Shown here one piece after another: positions 1 through 11,304 of a stretch of DNA of 64,000 bases. The stretch comes from Octopus vulgaris (lineage: Eukaryota): assembly GCA_951406725.2 (NCBI GenBank), contig OX597828.1, positions 34,162,001 through 34,226,000 of the forward strand, written 5' to 3'. The position numbers and the translations under genes are program-made. The notes below the pieces were generated by a model that was not told where the DNA came from, made no database searches, and saw only the letters and a list, made by a program, of their open reading frames with translations. How positions within the stretch are numbered: the first letter of the stretch is position 1; every line of letters starts with the position of its first letter.

Positions 1-115
1 TTCATTTCACATGATAGACTGATCATGTGAAACCAGTGTGGTTTGGTTGTGGTGTCTAACTGGTTAACTAGTGGTTTGGTTTCGAATCACTGCTACAAAA
101 ATATGGAATAATTAC

Positions 116-198
116 CTGTTTTAGAGCATCTGTAGTTCGGGCACCATCAGCAAATTCAGAATCTGTTTCCAAGGTTTCCAATGTCCTTGTCAATGTTC
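116..198 (-). CDS. DSTYK: DSTYK-like kinase, coding exon 5 (GTLTRTLETLETDSEFADGARTTDALKQ); gene continues beyond the left window edge
   Basis: Acceptor tgtgcag and donor GTAATT; 83 nt, phase 1 to 0. Matches DSTYK GTLERCLQSLE...LKQ. Confidence 0.88.
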
Positions 199-612
199 CT
201 GCACAATAGTAGTATCATCATCATCATCACCATATACACTTGTGTGTGAATATATATATGTGTGTGTGTGTGAGTCATCTAAAGAGACCATAAGTCAGGG
301 ACAAGATGCACTTGTATATGTCAGTAGAATGGGTATATTAACTGAATTTTATAGTATTAAATATTCATCACAGCTGATCTTACCAATCACCATATTTCCT
401 TCGAAATGGGCTATCTCTGATGAGCATAAAGTTATATGATTTGATTGTTAGCTAACACTCCATTGTATTCTTTACACAAAACTGATTGTTAAGCTCAGTC
501 ATGATAGATATTTAATACTATAAAATTCAGGTAATATATATATATATATATATATACACACGAGGTCGAAAATATTTTAGTGATGAAACACATGTGATTG
601 GATATATACAGA

Positions 613-967
613 AAGAGAAAAGATGAAAAAACACAGAAGACTTGTTTTACAGGATTAAGGAGTATATTAGAGTCATAATAACAAAGATATACAATTTTGT
701 ACAAAATAAGGTTTTGTTCTTTCAACATAAAGTAAGAACCGGTTTTGCATTGCTCATCAAGCTAAGGGTTGAAAAATAGACATAGTGCTAGGGGGAAGAC
801 ATATTACTAGGGCTCCTAGTAATGAGTAATGCAAAACCGGTTCTTACTTTAATTATATTGAAAGAACAAAACCTTATTTTATACAAAATTGTATAATATC
901 TTTATTATTATGACTCTATATATTCCTTAATCCTGTAAAACAAATCTGTTTCTTCATCTTTTCTCTT

Positions 968-968
<1 letters not shown>
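613..968. repeat. Long imperfect inverted repeat (fold-back element)
   Basis: About 613-757 is the reverse complement of about 822-968 (e.g. aagtaagaaccggttttgcatt / aatgcaaaaccggttcttactt). There is a small inner hairpin, attactagg...cctagtaat. Confidence 0.85.
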
Positions 969-1005
<37 letters not shown>

Positions 1006-1354
1006 CGAGAAAAACACCCCCACCCCCGTCCAATGGATGGTGTTGAATCATATATCTCTTATTATAAAAGGCAGATTTTATCTGCCTCCCTTTGGGAGTT
1101 ATACAAATCTACAATATAGGATTTCTTCAATTACAATTTACCTAGCATTTTTAAGAGTACAATGCATCGCGTCATGCCAGGTCCAGTTTTTAAAATTTAA
1201 ACTCCAATTAAGCAAAATTTACAGAAAAATCACATTCTGGTGTGTGTGTCAAATGCTTTTCTTAGTCTGGTTTACAGCACACGCAAACGCACACACACAG
1301 TGTGCAATGAATAAACTGAAACTAATTCACTGTGTGTTGACAGGTAGAAAATAG

Positions 1355-1453
1355 AATGCGATGGCGATGGCTATGGCGATGGCGATGGCTATGGCGATGG
1401 CTATGGCGATGGCTATGGCGATGGCTATGGCGATGGCTATGGCGATGGCGATG
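1355..1453 (+). repeat. (ATGGCG/ATGGCT)n hexanucleotide repeat inside the Helitron
   Basis: Direct reading; this is the source of the spurious poly-MA and poly-IA ORFs. Confidence 0.95.
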
Positions 1454-1789
1454 CAATATTTGTTTCTCTCTATGACGCTCATAAAAGCATTGATGTACAT
1501 GTGTGCGTGCGTGAGTGTGTGTGTGTCATTCCTCACACACACGCATACACATACATATATGAGAGTGGCAAACAAAAACGTTTCAAACAACTACATACAA
1601 ACACGTGTGTGTTTGTTATTAGTAAAAAAAGGCGCCAAATCACAACTCACTTATCATTCCAACACATTTGCAAAGACACACGGCCGGTCGAATAACAATA
1701 CAGAAAAGGTAAATTGGTTTTTATTTTACTTTGTATATATTTTATTATATAATATTATATATAGATATATGTATATATAATTGCACCAA

Positions 1790-2601
1790 ACCGCCCGAAA
1801 AAAATTTTGGTTAATGTGACCAAGCCGCCCGAATTTACCTATTCATATTTAAATGAGAATATCAGAGTAAATCTCTTTAGTACATTCGTGAAAACACGTA
1901 TTATACTTCGTAAACAGTTCAACTACAGTTTTGTACAAAAATCGAAGTGTAATTTTAATTCCGTGAATTATGGGAGATTTTTTTCCGAAATTTGTTCCTA
2001 TTGTGTTTTCAAAATTTGTAATTCTGACAAAAAATGGATACGAATTTCATTATATCAAGCAGCGAGTCAGAATTCGAAGGATTTTCTACTGAAGACCTTC
2101 ATAAATCTAACTCTATGACTGAAAAAAAAAAGCATGTGGTATTTGATCTCAACCTAAACAAAGCGAAAGAAACGATAGTTTGTTATTTCCCACAACCTTA
2201 AATGAAATTAAGGCCTATTTTGCCATAAATATTATTATGGGTATTAGAAAGTTACCCAGAATAACAAATTCTATCGTAAAATTTTGTTGTATACCCAATT
2301 GAATATTAGCTAATAACCCATTTTCTATAGCGATGTTTGAACAAAATTTTAATAATTTTATATATTGTTGAATTTACCTGTATCTACCTGCAATTAGAGT
2401 CACTTTGTGACAAAAATTAAAGTATAGAATTGGTTGAGAACATTTCACTAAATTATCTTCCAAAAATCAGATTAATGTATTCATAAATAAAAAAGTTATA
2501 GTTGTTTAATGAAATCAGACTAAATTTATGATTACGTTAGAAATTAATTGAAACACATAAGGGGTGTATTTTGGTCAGAAATATAGTAACGAAAGGGTTA
2601 A
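1790..2601. mobile_element. piggyBac-type derivative fragment carried inside the Helitron
   Basis: Ends in GTAACGAAAGGG-TTAA, the same terminal repeat as the MITE at 5036-5242. The left end is not clearly preserved. Confidence 0.5.
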
Positions 2602-3107
2602 GAAAAACCAAAAAATATTTTATTCTTTGTAAATGTTGTGTTCAAAATAACATTTTCTTTTAAGAATGTGTATATAACAAAGTATGTGTATATAACTACG
2701 TGGCTTATATCTTTATATATAAGAGTGAAGTTGTGTGTCTGTCTCCTACGATTTAGATTCGTAACTACTCCCACATTTTGCGGTGTAGTTTAACCAAAAG
2801 CGGGTATCTTATAGTCGTGATTCATATCGAGCCCTTCTGGGTATTAGCGCGCGTCTACGATGAGTCTACGATTTAAAAAAAATTTACCATCATATTTTTC
2901 CATTTTAATGCATATTTTTCGTTATTATATAAGGGAAGTAACTCTCTAAAAATATCTACGATGTGTCAACGATTTAAAAAAAAAATTACCTTAATTTTTT
3001 TTCAATTTTTAATGCATTTTTTTGCTATTTTTTGGCTATAACTCTCTAAAAATGCTTATATAGTTATTTCCCTTACAAACCCGAGCAACGCCGGGCGATA
3101 CTGCTAG

Positions 3108-3606
3108 TGCTGAATAAAAAGCAATCAGTGTTTTCTTTTCATTAAAAAATAATTAAGCATGCCTTTATTTCAATAAAAGTTTTGGTTTTGTTAAATGATG
3201 TTAAGGCAAAAAAAAAACTTCTTGAGAAACCAAATAGTCTTTCCTTCCTTCATGCCAAGTTTGAAGAAAATATTTCTTTTGCGTCTTACTTTTTTGGTCT
3301 CTTAAATATACTGCATTTTGTGGCATTATTTCAAGCCAGCCAGCTTTTTTTGCACAAACTACACGTGCATTTTTCTCACATATGCGCAGTATTGATTGCA
3401 ACAGCTGATGTACTTGTGCATACAAATGCATGTTCCCACGGCTTTATCGATCGCATTCTCACCTGAAATCGATTTTTGTAATTTTTTCAAGACTTATATA
3501 CGCCCTGATACCGTCAGTATCTACATACCAAATTTGAGCGCAATCGGATGGAGGATGCCCAAGATTCTATAAGACACACACACACAGACAGAACGGATTT
3601 TATATA
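3108..3606 (-). mobile_element. Non-autonomous Helitron-like repeat, copy 1 (its distal end is displaced to 1005-1054)
   Basis: Highly similar to 36765-37232. The minus strand begins TATATAAAATCCGTTCTGTCTGTGTG; a subterminal palindrome (ccgtccaatggaYgg) lies at 1026-1040. Confidence 0.7.
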
Positions 3607-3803
3607 ATAAATATATATACACATATATATATATATATATTCATCTTAGATATGGATGGGTGCATTCAACTATCACATCATTAAAATCTTGAAGCTACAA
3701 AATAATGCGTATTTCAAAACAATGGAAATAGATAAGCACTACATTTGTTATATTAACCTGAATGCTAAAAGGATAGTTTACCTGTATAAAAACTATAACT
3801 TAC

Positions 3804-3956
3804 CTGTATAAAGTTCTTTCAAGACATTCACAGAGTTTATTAGTTTATCGGCGATTGCTATATTCAACTCGTTAAGCACAAAGTTTTGGATTTCACTCGT
3901 GCATTGTTTTATATCAGCAGAGTTTTTCAGTTCTCCATCTTCAGAAATCTCGATTC
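3804..3956 (-). CDS. DSTYK: DSTYK-like kinase, coding exon 4 (GIEISEDGELKNSADIKQCTSEIQNFVLNELNIAIADKLINSVNVLKELYT)
   Basis: AG acceptor preceded by a CTAAC branch-like motif, GTAAGT donor; 153 nt, phase 1 to 1. Matches DSTYK [35 protein letters not shown]. Confidence 0.9.
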
Positions 3957-5035
3957 CTTCGAATGACAATGGATCGATGGAAATGTTAGGAGGGTGAAGC
4001 GAACAGTATTGTGAGGCATATTGTTTTTGAAATTAACATTTATAAATAAAAAAATAGTCTTATGGCTTTGTATCAACCATATTCTTTACTGATATGTATA
4101 TTGTGTGTGCATGTGTATGTATATATGTATGTGTGTGTGTGTGTATGTGTGTGTGTGTGTGTGTGTATACACACACTAGTATTGAATAGTGAGAATGAGT
4201 GCTCAACATTGCATTGGTAGATAAATATTCTTTATTTGTGGAGCAATAAGGCAACCAATGGTTTCATGTAGAAAGATCTCCACAATTATTTTTGGATACG
4301 AATACACAAGGTTACACAGGACTATACAGGATTTCAATGTATGTGAGTGTGTGTGTGTGTACGTGTACATACACACATGTATTATTTCTGGTTATTACTT
4401 TTGTACTAAGGTTTCATTTTAGTATCTAACACTTTGGATACACTGAACTTCAGCAGACTGTTGCAGTAGTTGAGGAAACAAAGGAAAGCCTCAACATAAT
4501 GAAAGGCATATTTATTTCTTTTCTTGATTTTCTGATGAATCATGTATTTGGAATAAAAAGAAAAAAAACTTATAATAATTTCTATGGTAAAATTTTAACC
4601 AACTAAAATTTCATATTATCATTCATGTAACAACAACACTTTTTTTATTCTTTTGCTTCAACCAACTGACTGTGGCCATGCTAGAGCACCACATTTTGGT
4701 CGGAAAAAATCAACCCCAGGACTTTAAGAATTTATCAAAATATGATGAATTTAAATGGAATGATTTAAGTAGGTTGGTAACAAGGAACATAAACAATGAG
4801 AGGTAGGTTGATACTGGAAACAACAATACCACTGTGAAGGTAACCTCTCTTGGAGAGAAGCAAGCAGCCATTCTGAAATATCATATTTCCTGGCATACAA
4901 ATAAAATTTTTCTGACCAAAATTTACAGTCAAAAAAGCAGATCAGCTTCAACACCAAGATAAGATCGGAGGACCAAAAATTCCATATGAAATGCAGCAGA
5001 ATTTGGAAAGAGAGTGATGCTGTTTGAATGCTTAA

Positions 5036-5242
5036 CCCTTTCGTTACTGTATCTATTTTGAGATGCTCTGTGTTTCTTTCAATTACTTTAAATATAACAA
5101 AGGATTTGGTTATCATGAAGCTAGTGTTAGGAACATAAATTGTGACTAAGGTTTGGTGGAAGATTTTAATTCAGAACTTATGAAAACAAGACATTGCTAC
5201 TCAGAGCCAGAGCTGGTTTCAGTCAGGCTGGTAACGAAAGGG
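5036..5242. mobile_element. piggyBac-type MITE (207 bp)
   Basis: TTAA on both sides; TIRs CCCTTTCGTTAC / GTAACGAAAGGG. Confidence 0.88.
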
Positions 5243-6022
5243 TTAAAGTTCATATATACATAATATACTATATTGATTTGTATGCTGGAAAATATGGAAA
5301 GAAAAAAAGAAAGTAATATAGGTTACAGAAATATCAGTTTTCAATAAGACAACCTCTATAGCACCAGTTAGAGTTGCCAGATTGGGCTAAAAGTTTTGGC
5401 ACTGCCGACTTGGCCCTACTGATTTCAAACAGACTTATTTGCAAGCAGACATGGTGTTACTCTCTCTTTTGCTCTGTGAGCATCAGGTTATGTTTGTATG
5501 TATGGGTAATGTCTGTATGTATATATTTCTGTGCACACATGCATGAGTTTACACCTCCAGTGCCAAAAACAGGTTGCATGTTCAGTCAACGATGCCACAT
5601 AATTAGCAGCAGCCAAACACCTGTGACCAATCATTGCATTTCATGCTTTTCAAAACAGCACACTTCATTTTTGTTTTTTAATTTACTTATTTACTTCTTT
5701 AGAATTTTCATTTCTACAGGTGAGGACCCAATTAAATATCATACTAAATTATCAAAGAAGTAAATTACAACTGATCTATAAGAAATGATTTTTAAAAATT
5801 TTCTTACAAAATTTTCATATTGAGCTATGTTCTGGAACAATCAACTCCTTTTGGAAAATTTTGTACTACTTTTCATAAAATTAGTCAGGTGACTTATGTA
5901 TCAATATCACAAATCATTCTAATTTGGTAAAGGTTGATGATAAGAAGAACATCTAGAGATAGAACTGTAACAAATGCCTATATGTAGTAATAACAATTGT
6001 CGGTTATTATAGTTTAACTTAC

Positions 6023-6614
6023 CAACAAAATGGTGTTGGACCATTTTCTCTTCAATATTCTCAATAAGACTGCTTATTGTTTCTTGAATAATGTCAGTGA
6101 TTTCTTTGTGCTTGGAAGCAGAAATATCTATTAGTTCTTGATAGAGCTCTTTCTCTTTTTTCTCAGCATATTCTAGCTTTTTAGGTGTCATCTGCAGATC
6201 TCTGGTCATCTCAAAAGCAGATAAAATGAAGGTACCAAGGCACCGTTCGTGTACATTGTAAAGTACAGTTGATGCATTAATTAGATATCGTTTCAGCATA
6301 TTTTCCACAAAACGTGACAGCATCTGACTAAAATCCTTCAAGTCCTCAACAAGGCAAGTTTCAACTTCAAAGTAATTTGTAGTTATATTCTTGGGACCAT
6401 CCAAATTGTCAGTGAAACCAAGTCTGTCTAACTGATACATTAGCGTCTCGGATATTCGCTCTGGCACACAGTTTGGTTCTTTACAGATAGGTTCATTAGG
6501 AGCACCATCAGGGGCATCTGTATCAATCGTCTGTTGCCAAGTAGGAGACACACGAGCGAACAGAATTGGCTCCAAACAAGATAAATGCTGAAGTATGGTA
6601 AGTTCCTCGATTTC
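6023..6614 (-). CDS. DSTYK: DSTYK-like kinase, coding exon 3 (EIEELTILQ...AFEMTRDLQMTPKKLEYAEKKEKELY...QHHFV)
   Basis: Acceptor tttgctgttttcacag and donor GTAAGT; 592 nt, phase 0 to 1. AFEMTRDLQMTPKKLEY matches the DSTYK signature AFDMQRDLQITPKRLEY. Confidence 0.93.
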
Positions 6615-7143
6615 CTGTGAAAACAGCAAAAAGCACAAAAGATAAAATTCATAGTTTATAATATTTTCTAGTTTATCATTTAAATTCTTGTTTACTAACC
6701 GAAACAAACAAAAGACACAAGGACATCTTAACTGCACCCCAATTTCAGAAGCACACATTCGGGCAAAATGGGTATTGTAGACGAAATTAGTTTCTGAAAG
6801 GCACAATTTTGCATAAAGGACCCAGGATGATCTTTTTTCAAACATTTTTGGTAAAAAAAATGTGCTTTATACATCAGCAAATAATGGTAATTACAATTTT
6901 CTACACAAGAAAGAGAATGAACATTAGATCCATTTAGTGGTAGGACAGAGTATTCTGTCACAGGGAATCTACCATGAACATTCTGCTTATCAAATTCCCA
7001 ACAATTAAAAGGAATTAAGGAAATTTAGAATTAAGTTTCCTACTCCAAAACTCAATAAATTGCTTGCAGCGGATTTAAACACTCCATTTTTGACAAGGGA
7101 ATGCAAAGCCATTATCTGTTTTATACAACAACAACAACGATAA

Positions 7144-7186
<43 letters not shown>

Positions 7187-7200
7187 GATAATAATAATAA

Positions 7201-7468
7201 CACCAGGAAACCCCAAAATGGCAGAAATTCAAAAGATAGTGCTCATGGGAACTGCTCATATCCTACGCAAAATACTTTCTTTGTAATCTCAAGTTTTAAA
7301 ACAAACATAATTTTCGTATGGTTTTTTAGGCATTCACTAAGTACAAAACCAAATATATGGCACCCTAGGCATAACACCAACATGAACTTCCAACTTGTTG
7401 TTTCTTGAGGTCTCTGGGTGAGACTTGGAGCCAGCTTGTGCAAATGTAAAGCAAAAGTCAAGCATAGA
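7201..7468 (+). mobile_element. R4/Dong-clade non-LTR retrotransposon, 3' fragment in (TAA)n
   Basis: PGNPKMAEIQKIVLMGTAHILRKILSL* is a typical C-terminus of RLE-type LINEs. (AAT)n on both sides. Confidence 0.75.
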
Positions 7469-7490
7469 ATAATAATAATAATAATAATAA

Positions 7491-8015
7491 TGCAATTATT
7501 GTGTGAAGTGCTCAGGTGCATTACAGCTCATCTAAGGTGCATGTACAGTATATAGAATTATATACAAAATACAGGAAAGTGAACAATGTAAGAGTCATGA
7601 TATACATGTGTGCATGTGTATGGAGGGGGGGAGATATCAGGTGTAGTGTTGGGGAATTTCAGGAAGAATGGAAGTTTTAAAGGATGCAATGTCTCGGCAA
7701 CTAACAACTGATGCAGGTAGTTTGTTCCATGTTTCATTAACTCTAAGTGTGAAAAAATGTTTCCAAAAGTCATGGGAGCCATGTTGTTTTCTGACTTTGT
7801 AAGGAATACCCACATGCATTCAAAAAGGTGCTCAAGGTGGTTGTTGGCACTTTGGTTAATAATTTTGAGGGTGTTTACTATGTCAGCTGCCAGACATTGA
7901 AGCTTCAATGTATCTATGCACAGGAAAGCAAGGTGTTCAGAATATGGTAGATGCCTGATGGAAGGTATTCACTTCATTGCACGTCTCTGAACAGTTTCCA
8001 GAAGGTCAATGACCT
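7491..8015 (-). mobile_element. CR1-group LINE 3' fragment (decayed)
   Basis: LLETVQRRA...LPYSE, then FFTLRVNETWNKLPASVV; (ATT)n tail. Confidence 0.8.
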
Positions 8016-8169
8016 AAGATCCATAAATAACAAGCTGTAAGCTTGCTTTCTTTGTGCAAAGCTGCCTGGTGGCTTTCTCTGTGGCTTCAGTTATGAAACA
8101 CAGACCTCCTCTCTTTGCTGCATCAGAGACTGCAAGCTTTGGAATTTTGTCTCAAATTTCAAAACGCTT

Positions 8170-8870
8170 ATACAAAATACAGTTCTACATTTAAGAGATG
8201 AGTAATTATATTATTTACATTTGACAGATATTTGTCCTCATCATTGTTGTTAATACGTTTCAGCTGATATACCCTCCAGCCTTCATCAGGTGTCTTGGGG
8301 AAATTTCGAACCTGGGTTCTCATTCCTAAGGTATTTTTTGATATTATTATAATTATTATTATTCAGGTTCCTGCCTTGAATCAAACTTGGAATCTTGGGG
8401 TTAGTAATCTGCGCTCTTAACCACAACACCATATGCCAGTGGGCAATTATGGAGTGAATTTTTAGGGCTTATAAATCTAATAGTTTCCTATCCTTCCTTA
8501 ATATTAGTTCCCATATGCTATTCATATCTACACTCGGTCTGCTTAGGAGGTTGTTGTGTCCTAGCATATGTGCTGCTTCTTTTAGTTTTCGTATTTTCCA
8601 GTGGTGTTCTCTGTCTATTATTTTAACTTCATCCCACAGGGGGAGGTGGTCTCCATTTTTCCATACGTGATCAACTATACCCAATTTATCAATATTTCCT
8701 CGTGTCACAGCTTTGCGATGTTCGTCTACCCTTATTTTGAGGGGGCGACATTTTTTGCCTTTGTATAACCTACCACAGCTGCATGGAATGGAGTACACAC
8801 AGTCTTTGGTCATATTCTCTTCTATTGGTGGTTTTACTCGAAGAAGATAATTGCAAAGTGTTGTATTAAA
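8170..8870 (-). mobile_element. Penelope-like element 3' fragment: GIY-YIG endonuclease, then a tRNA-like segment and a hammerhead-like motif
   Basis: ORF 8469-8813 reads CVYSIPCSCGRLYKG...LKIRVDEH...RKLKEA. A/B-box-like segment at 8366-8437. CTGATGA...GAAACGTA at 8254-8289 (minus strand). Confidence 0.85.
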
Positions 8871-9086
8871 AACATTGTATACAAAATGATGAAATGAATG
8901 CTAATTTTCAAATTAAAGAAAAAAAATCCTTTACTGAGTTTACAGTGCAGTTGAAAACAGCTGAAATTTAGTCTAATTAGTAACGTGTAATTAGTAACCC
9001 TTTATTAAAAATTTAAAATACATAGTTGATGTCACATTTGTCTAGATTCGGGGCTTATAATGTCTATAAGATTTTGTTTTGCTTAC

Positions 9087-9607
9087 CTTTTCAGAAAGTG
9101 TTTTACCCTTAAATGTGAATATAAATACAGGCAGAACATTTTCCATGTAATTCTTCAGTATTTCTTCCATTTCTTCCGTGGGGACATTGCTCGGTGCTAC
9201 GATGATTTGTGCTCCAGAGTTCAGTATTTTATCATCCAGCGTGATTTCAAGAGTACTGAATGTATCATTGTCTGTGGTAACCTCTTCTCTATTGATAACG
9301 ATGTCATCTTTGTGAACCTGCGTGTGGTGGCTGTCCTTCTTACCTTGGAGACCTTCAATAACGGTGTAACCATAGGAAAGAATGAAAGTGGCGCAAGCCA
9401 CCTCACCATACTTGATGAGGAGTTCCCGCGTGATTAGTTCATCGTCGTAATTGCAATCAAACGTTGGAAGGATGTCCTCTTCTATTATTTCATTGACAAT
9501 GCAGCTTTTGGTGTAGATGCTTTGCCCCAGGATCACAAATGTCAACGGCTTACAAGATACGGACATGATTTCTGCATTTTCTTCATTGAGCAGTAAAGTA
9601 TCGGGAC
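9087..9607 (-). CDS. DSTYK: DSTYK-like kinase, coding exon 2 (PDTLLLNEENAEIMSVSCKPLTFVILGQS...LPVFIFTFKGKTLSEK)
   Basis: Polypyrimidine tract plus AG acceptor (ttttctatcttgaag) and GTAAGC donor; 521 nt, phase 1 to phase 0. Motifs ILGQ..K, LEITL, IIVAPS and LPVF align with the DSTYK N-terminal region. Confidence 0.9.
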
Positions 9608-10020
9608 CTTCAAGATAGAAAAGAAAAAAAAAGGGTTACTTTTACTTGTTTCAGTCATTTGACTGTGGCCATACTGGAGCACCGCCTTTAATCAAGCAAA
9701 TTGACCCCAGGACATATTCTCTGTAAGCCTAGTACTTATTCTATTGGTCTCTTTTGCCAAGCTGCTAAGTTACGGGGACATAAACACACCAACATCGGTT
9801 GTCAAGCAATGGTGGAGGTGGTGGGGGGACAAACACAGACACACAAATATATACATACATACATATATATGGTGGGTTTCTTTTATAGTTTCTGTCTACC
9901 AAATCCACTGACAATGCTTTGGTTAGCCCAAGACTATAACAAAAGACACTTGCCCAGCCCAAGGCTCCATGCAGTGGGACTGAACCTGGAACCATGTGGT
10001 TGGGAAGCAAATAACATAAA

Positions 10021-10992
10021 TAACAGAAATTACTCAGAAACTTTCTGAGTCTAATTGCTCTTCTTTGCTGTCACATCTCACAAATGAACCTTTTTTGAAC
10101 TGAACAGTGACTGGTGANNNNNNNNNNNNNNNNNNNNNNNNNNNNNNNNNNNNNNNNNNNNNNNNNNNNNNNNNNNNNNNNNNNNNNNNNNNNNNNNNNN
10201 NNNNNNNNNNNNNNNNNACAAGAAATGGGTTCCCTATAAAAATGTCAAACACCGAAGACAGTGGATAAGGAAAGGAGAAACACAGGCACCCCAGGTTAAA
10301 GAAGGTCTTCACTCATGTAAGGTGTTGTTACCTGTTTGGTGGGATACGAAAGGTTAAGTCCACTTTGAACCCAAACCAAACAATAACAAAGGAAATATAC
10401 TGTGAGAAGCCTGAGCAGCTTCAGTCAGCGCAAGAAGAAGCACAACCATCTTTAGTTTTAAGATGTAAGGTGTTCTTCCATCAGGATAACGCTCGGCTGT
10501 GTACAGTGAGGGTGACATTTGAAAGGCTGGAGCAGTTTGAATGGCAAATGATGCCCCACCCACCATATTCGCTGGACTTTGCCCCATCAAATTATCATTT
10601 ATTCCACATTCTTCAAAAATCATTGTTTAGGCCCTCTAACAGCGCAGTAGCAGCAGTGCAGCCGCCCACTGACATGCCACTCTCGCCGCTGCTGCCGACT
10701 GCGCAACGCCCTGCCTGCGCCAGCCTGACATACATAGCGCTCGGCTGACAGTGCTGCATGCTTTGCAGCTCCATGACATTTAACTCCTCTCACTCATTCT
10801 GTAGAAGAAGTCAGATAAGTGCTGGAGGAGTATTTTTCATCACAGACAAGAGGGGCCTTGGAAGAGAGATGGAAGAGCATTGTAGCAAATGAAGGAGTGT
10901 ATATTTTAGATTAAAAAAGAACTTTGTTTATCATAATTTTGAAAAATAAAAGAAGTATAAAAAGGCTGCATTATTTATGGGATGACCCCAAT
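10021..10992 (+). mobile_element. Decayed mariner (DD34D-type) transposon spanning the assembly gap
   Basis: EPFL..VTGD before the gap; KKWV, HQDNAR and PHPPYSLDFAPSNYHLF after it. Right TIR-like end tatttatgggatgaccccaata followed by TA. Confidence 0.85.
10118..10217. other. Assembly gap (100 N)
   Basis: Run of N. Confidence 1.
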
Positions 10993-11304
10993 ATATGTTG
11001 ATTTATATTGGATAGATAAGTGTAACAAGGCTGGCCCTTTGAACTACAGATACAACTCATTTTTGCCAGCTGAGTGGACTGGAACAAAATGAAATAAAGT
11101 GTCTTGCTCAAGAACACAATACACAGCTGCGAATTGAACTCAATACCTTACAGTCAGGAGTCAAATACTAACCACTAAGCCACGCATACATTTACATGTA
11201 TACATTTCCCATCCATAAAGGGTATAGCTTTATAGCGTATCGTCAGATCCCATAAACCATTTTGGCCTCTGCTGCTATGCTTTGAAGAGGTCATGGGCCA
11301 ACAG

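Larger units (their letters stand above)
1055..3107 (+). mobile_element. Composite non-autonomous Helitron inserted at an A^T site, with a second Helitron-type 5' end at 2710
   Basis: Starts with TC after A1054. Ends with a cccg...cggg hairpin followed by CTAG before T3108. No TSD. The flanks rejoin to give the uninterrupted repeat seen near 36750-36780. Confidence 0.8.

Noticed and set aside
1327-1780. ORFs with poly-MA / poly-IA tracts
   Set aside because: Translation of a hexamer repeat inside a Helitron; no protein-like context.
6615-6845. N-terminal extension of the 308-aa ORF 5919-6845
   Set aside because: It lies upstream of a strong acceptor at 6615-6616, and DSTYK similarity starts at EIEEL. 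It is intronic and partly resembles a DNA-transposon end.
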